Assembly: GCF_006345805.1 (NCBI RefSeq)
Contig: NC_042997.1
Location: 15,438,001 to 15,502,000 of the forward strand
Source: Octopus sinensis
Taxonomy: Eukaryota
Direction: 5' to 3'
DNA length: 64,000 nucleotides
How positions within the stretch are numbered: position 1 is the stretch's first letter; each line of letters begins with the position of its first letter. The translations under genes were made by a program, and so were the position numbers. This document shows, piece after piece, positions 63,646-64,000 of the stretch. The notes beneath the pieces were generated by a model. That model saw nothing but the letters and a program-made list of their open reading frames with translations, searched no databases and was not told where the DNA came from.

Positions 63646-64000
63646 TTTACTCTTTTACTCTTTTACTTGTTTCAGTCATTTGACTGCGGCCATGCTGGAG
63701 CACCGCCTTTAATCGAGCAACTCGACCCCGGGACTTATTCTTTTGTAAGCCCAGTACTTATTCTATCGGTCTCTTTTGCCGAACCGCTAAGTAACGGGGA
63801 CCTAAACACACCAGCATCGGTTGTCAAGCAATGCTAGGGGGACAAACACACACACACAAACACACACACGCATATATATATATATAAATATATACGACGG
63901 GCTTCTTTCAGTTTCCGTCTACCAAATCCACCCACAAGGCTTTGGTCGGCCCGAGGCTATAGTAGAAGACACTTGCCCAAGGTGCCACGCAGTGGGACTG
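63645..64000 (-). mobile_element. CORE-like SINE, cut by the window end
   Basis: Family match. Confidence 0.88.

Overview
Repeat-dense animal (eukaryotic) genomic DNA, most likely an octopus, inferred from the tRNA-derived SINE families and the extreme microsatellite load. It is probably intronic or intergenic. No complete protein-coding gene, rRNA, true tRNA or CRISPR array is supported. Contents: (i) three abundant SINE types (tRNA-Arg-like head; CORE-like with an internal microsatellite; Meta-domain-like, which occurs as head-to-tail multimers); (ii) decayed LINEs (CR1 group, R4/Dong-like with a REL endonuclease); (iii) Penelope-like elements (RT plus GIY-YIG) and about a dozen pseudo-LTR fragments carrying type I hammerhead ribozyme motifs, one of them near-complete; (iv) mariner, pogo/Tigger and Helitron remnants; (v) an 8.8-kb array of a 68-bp unit (about 129 copies) with an apparent 24-mer higher-order repeat; (vi) a few low-confidence + strand exon candidates. 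The most interesting signals are the hammerhead set, the fixed-junction SINE multimers, the higher-order 68-bp satellite, and a LINE/SINE shared 3' stem-loop. All coordinates were read by eye, so element ends are approximate unless a TSD is quoted.
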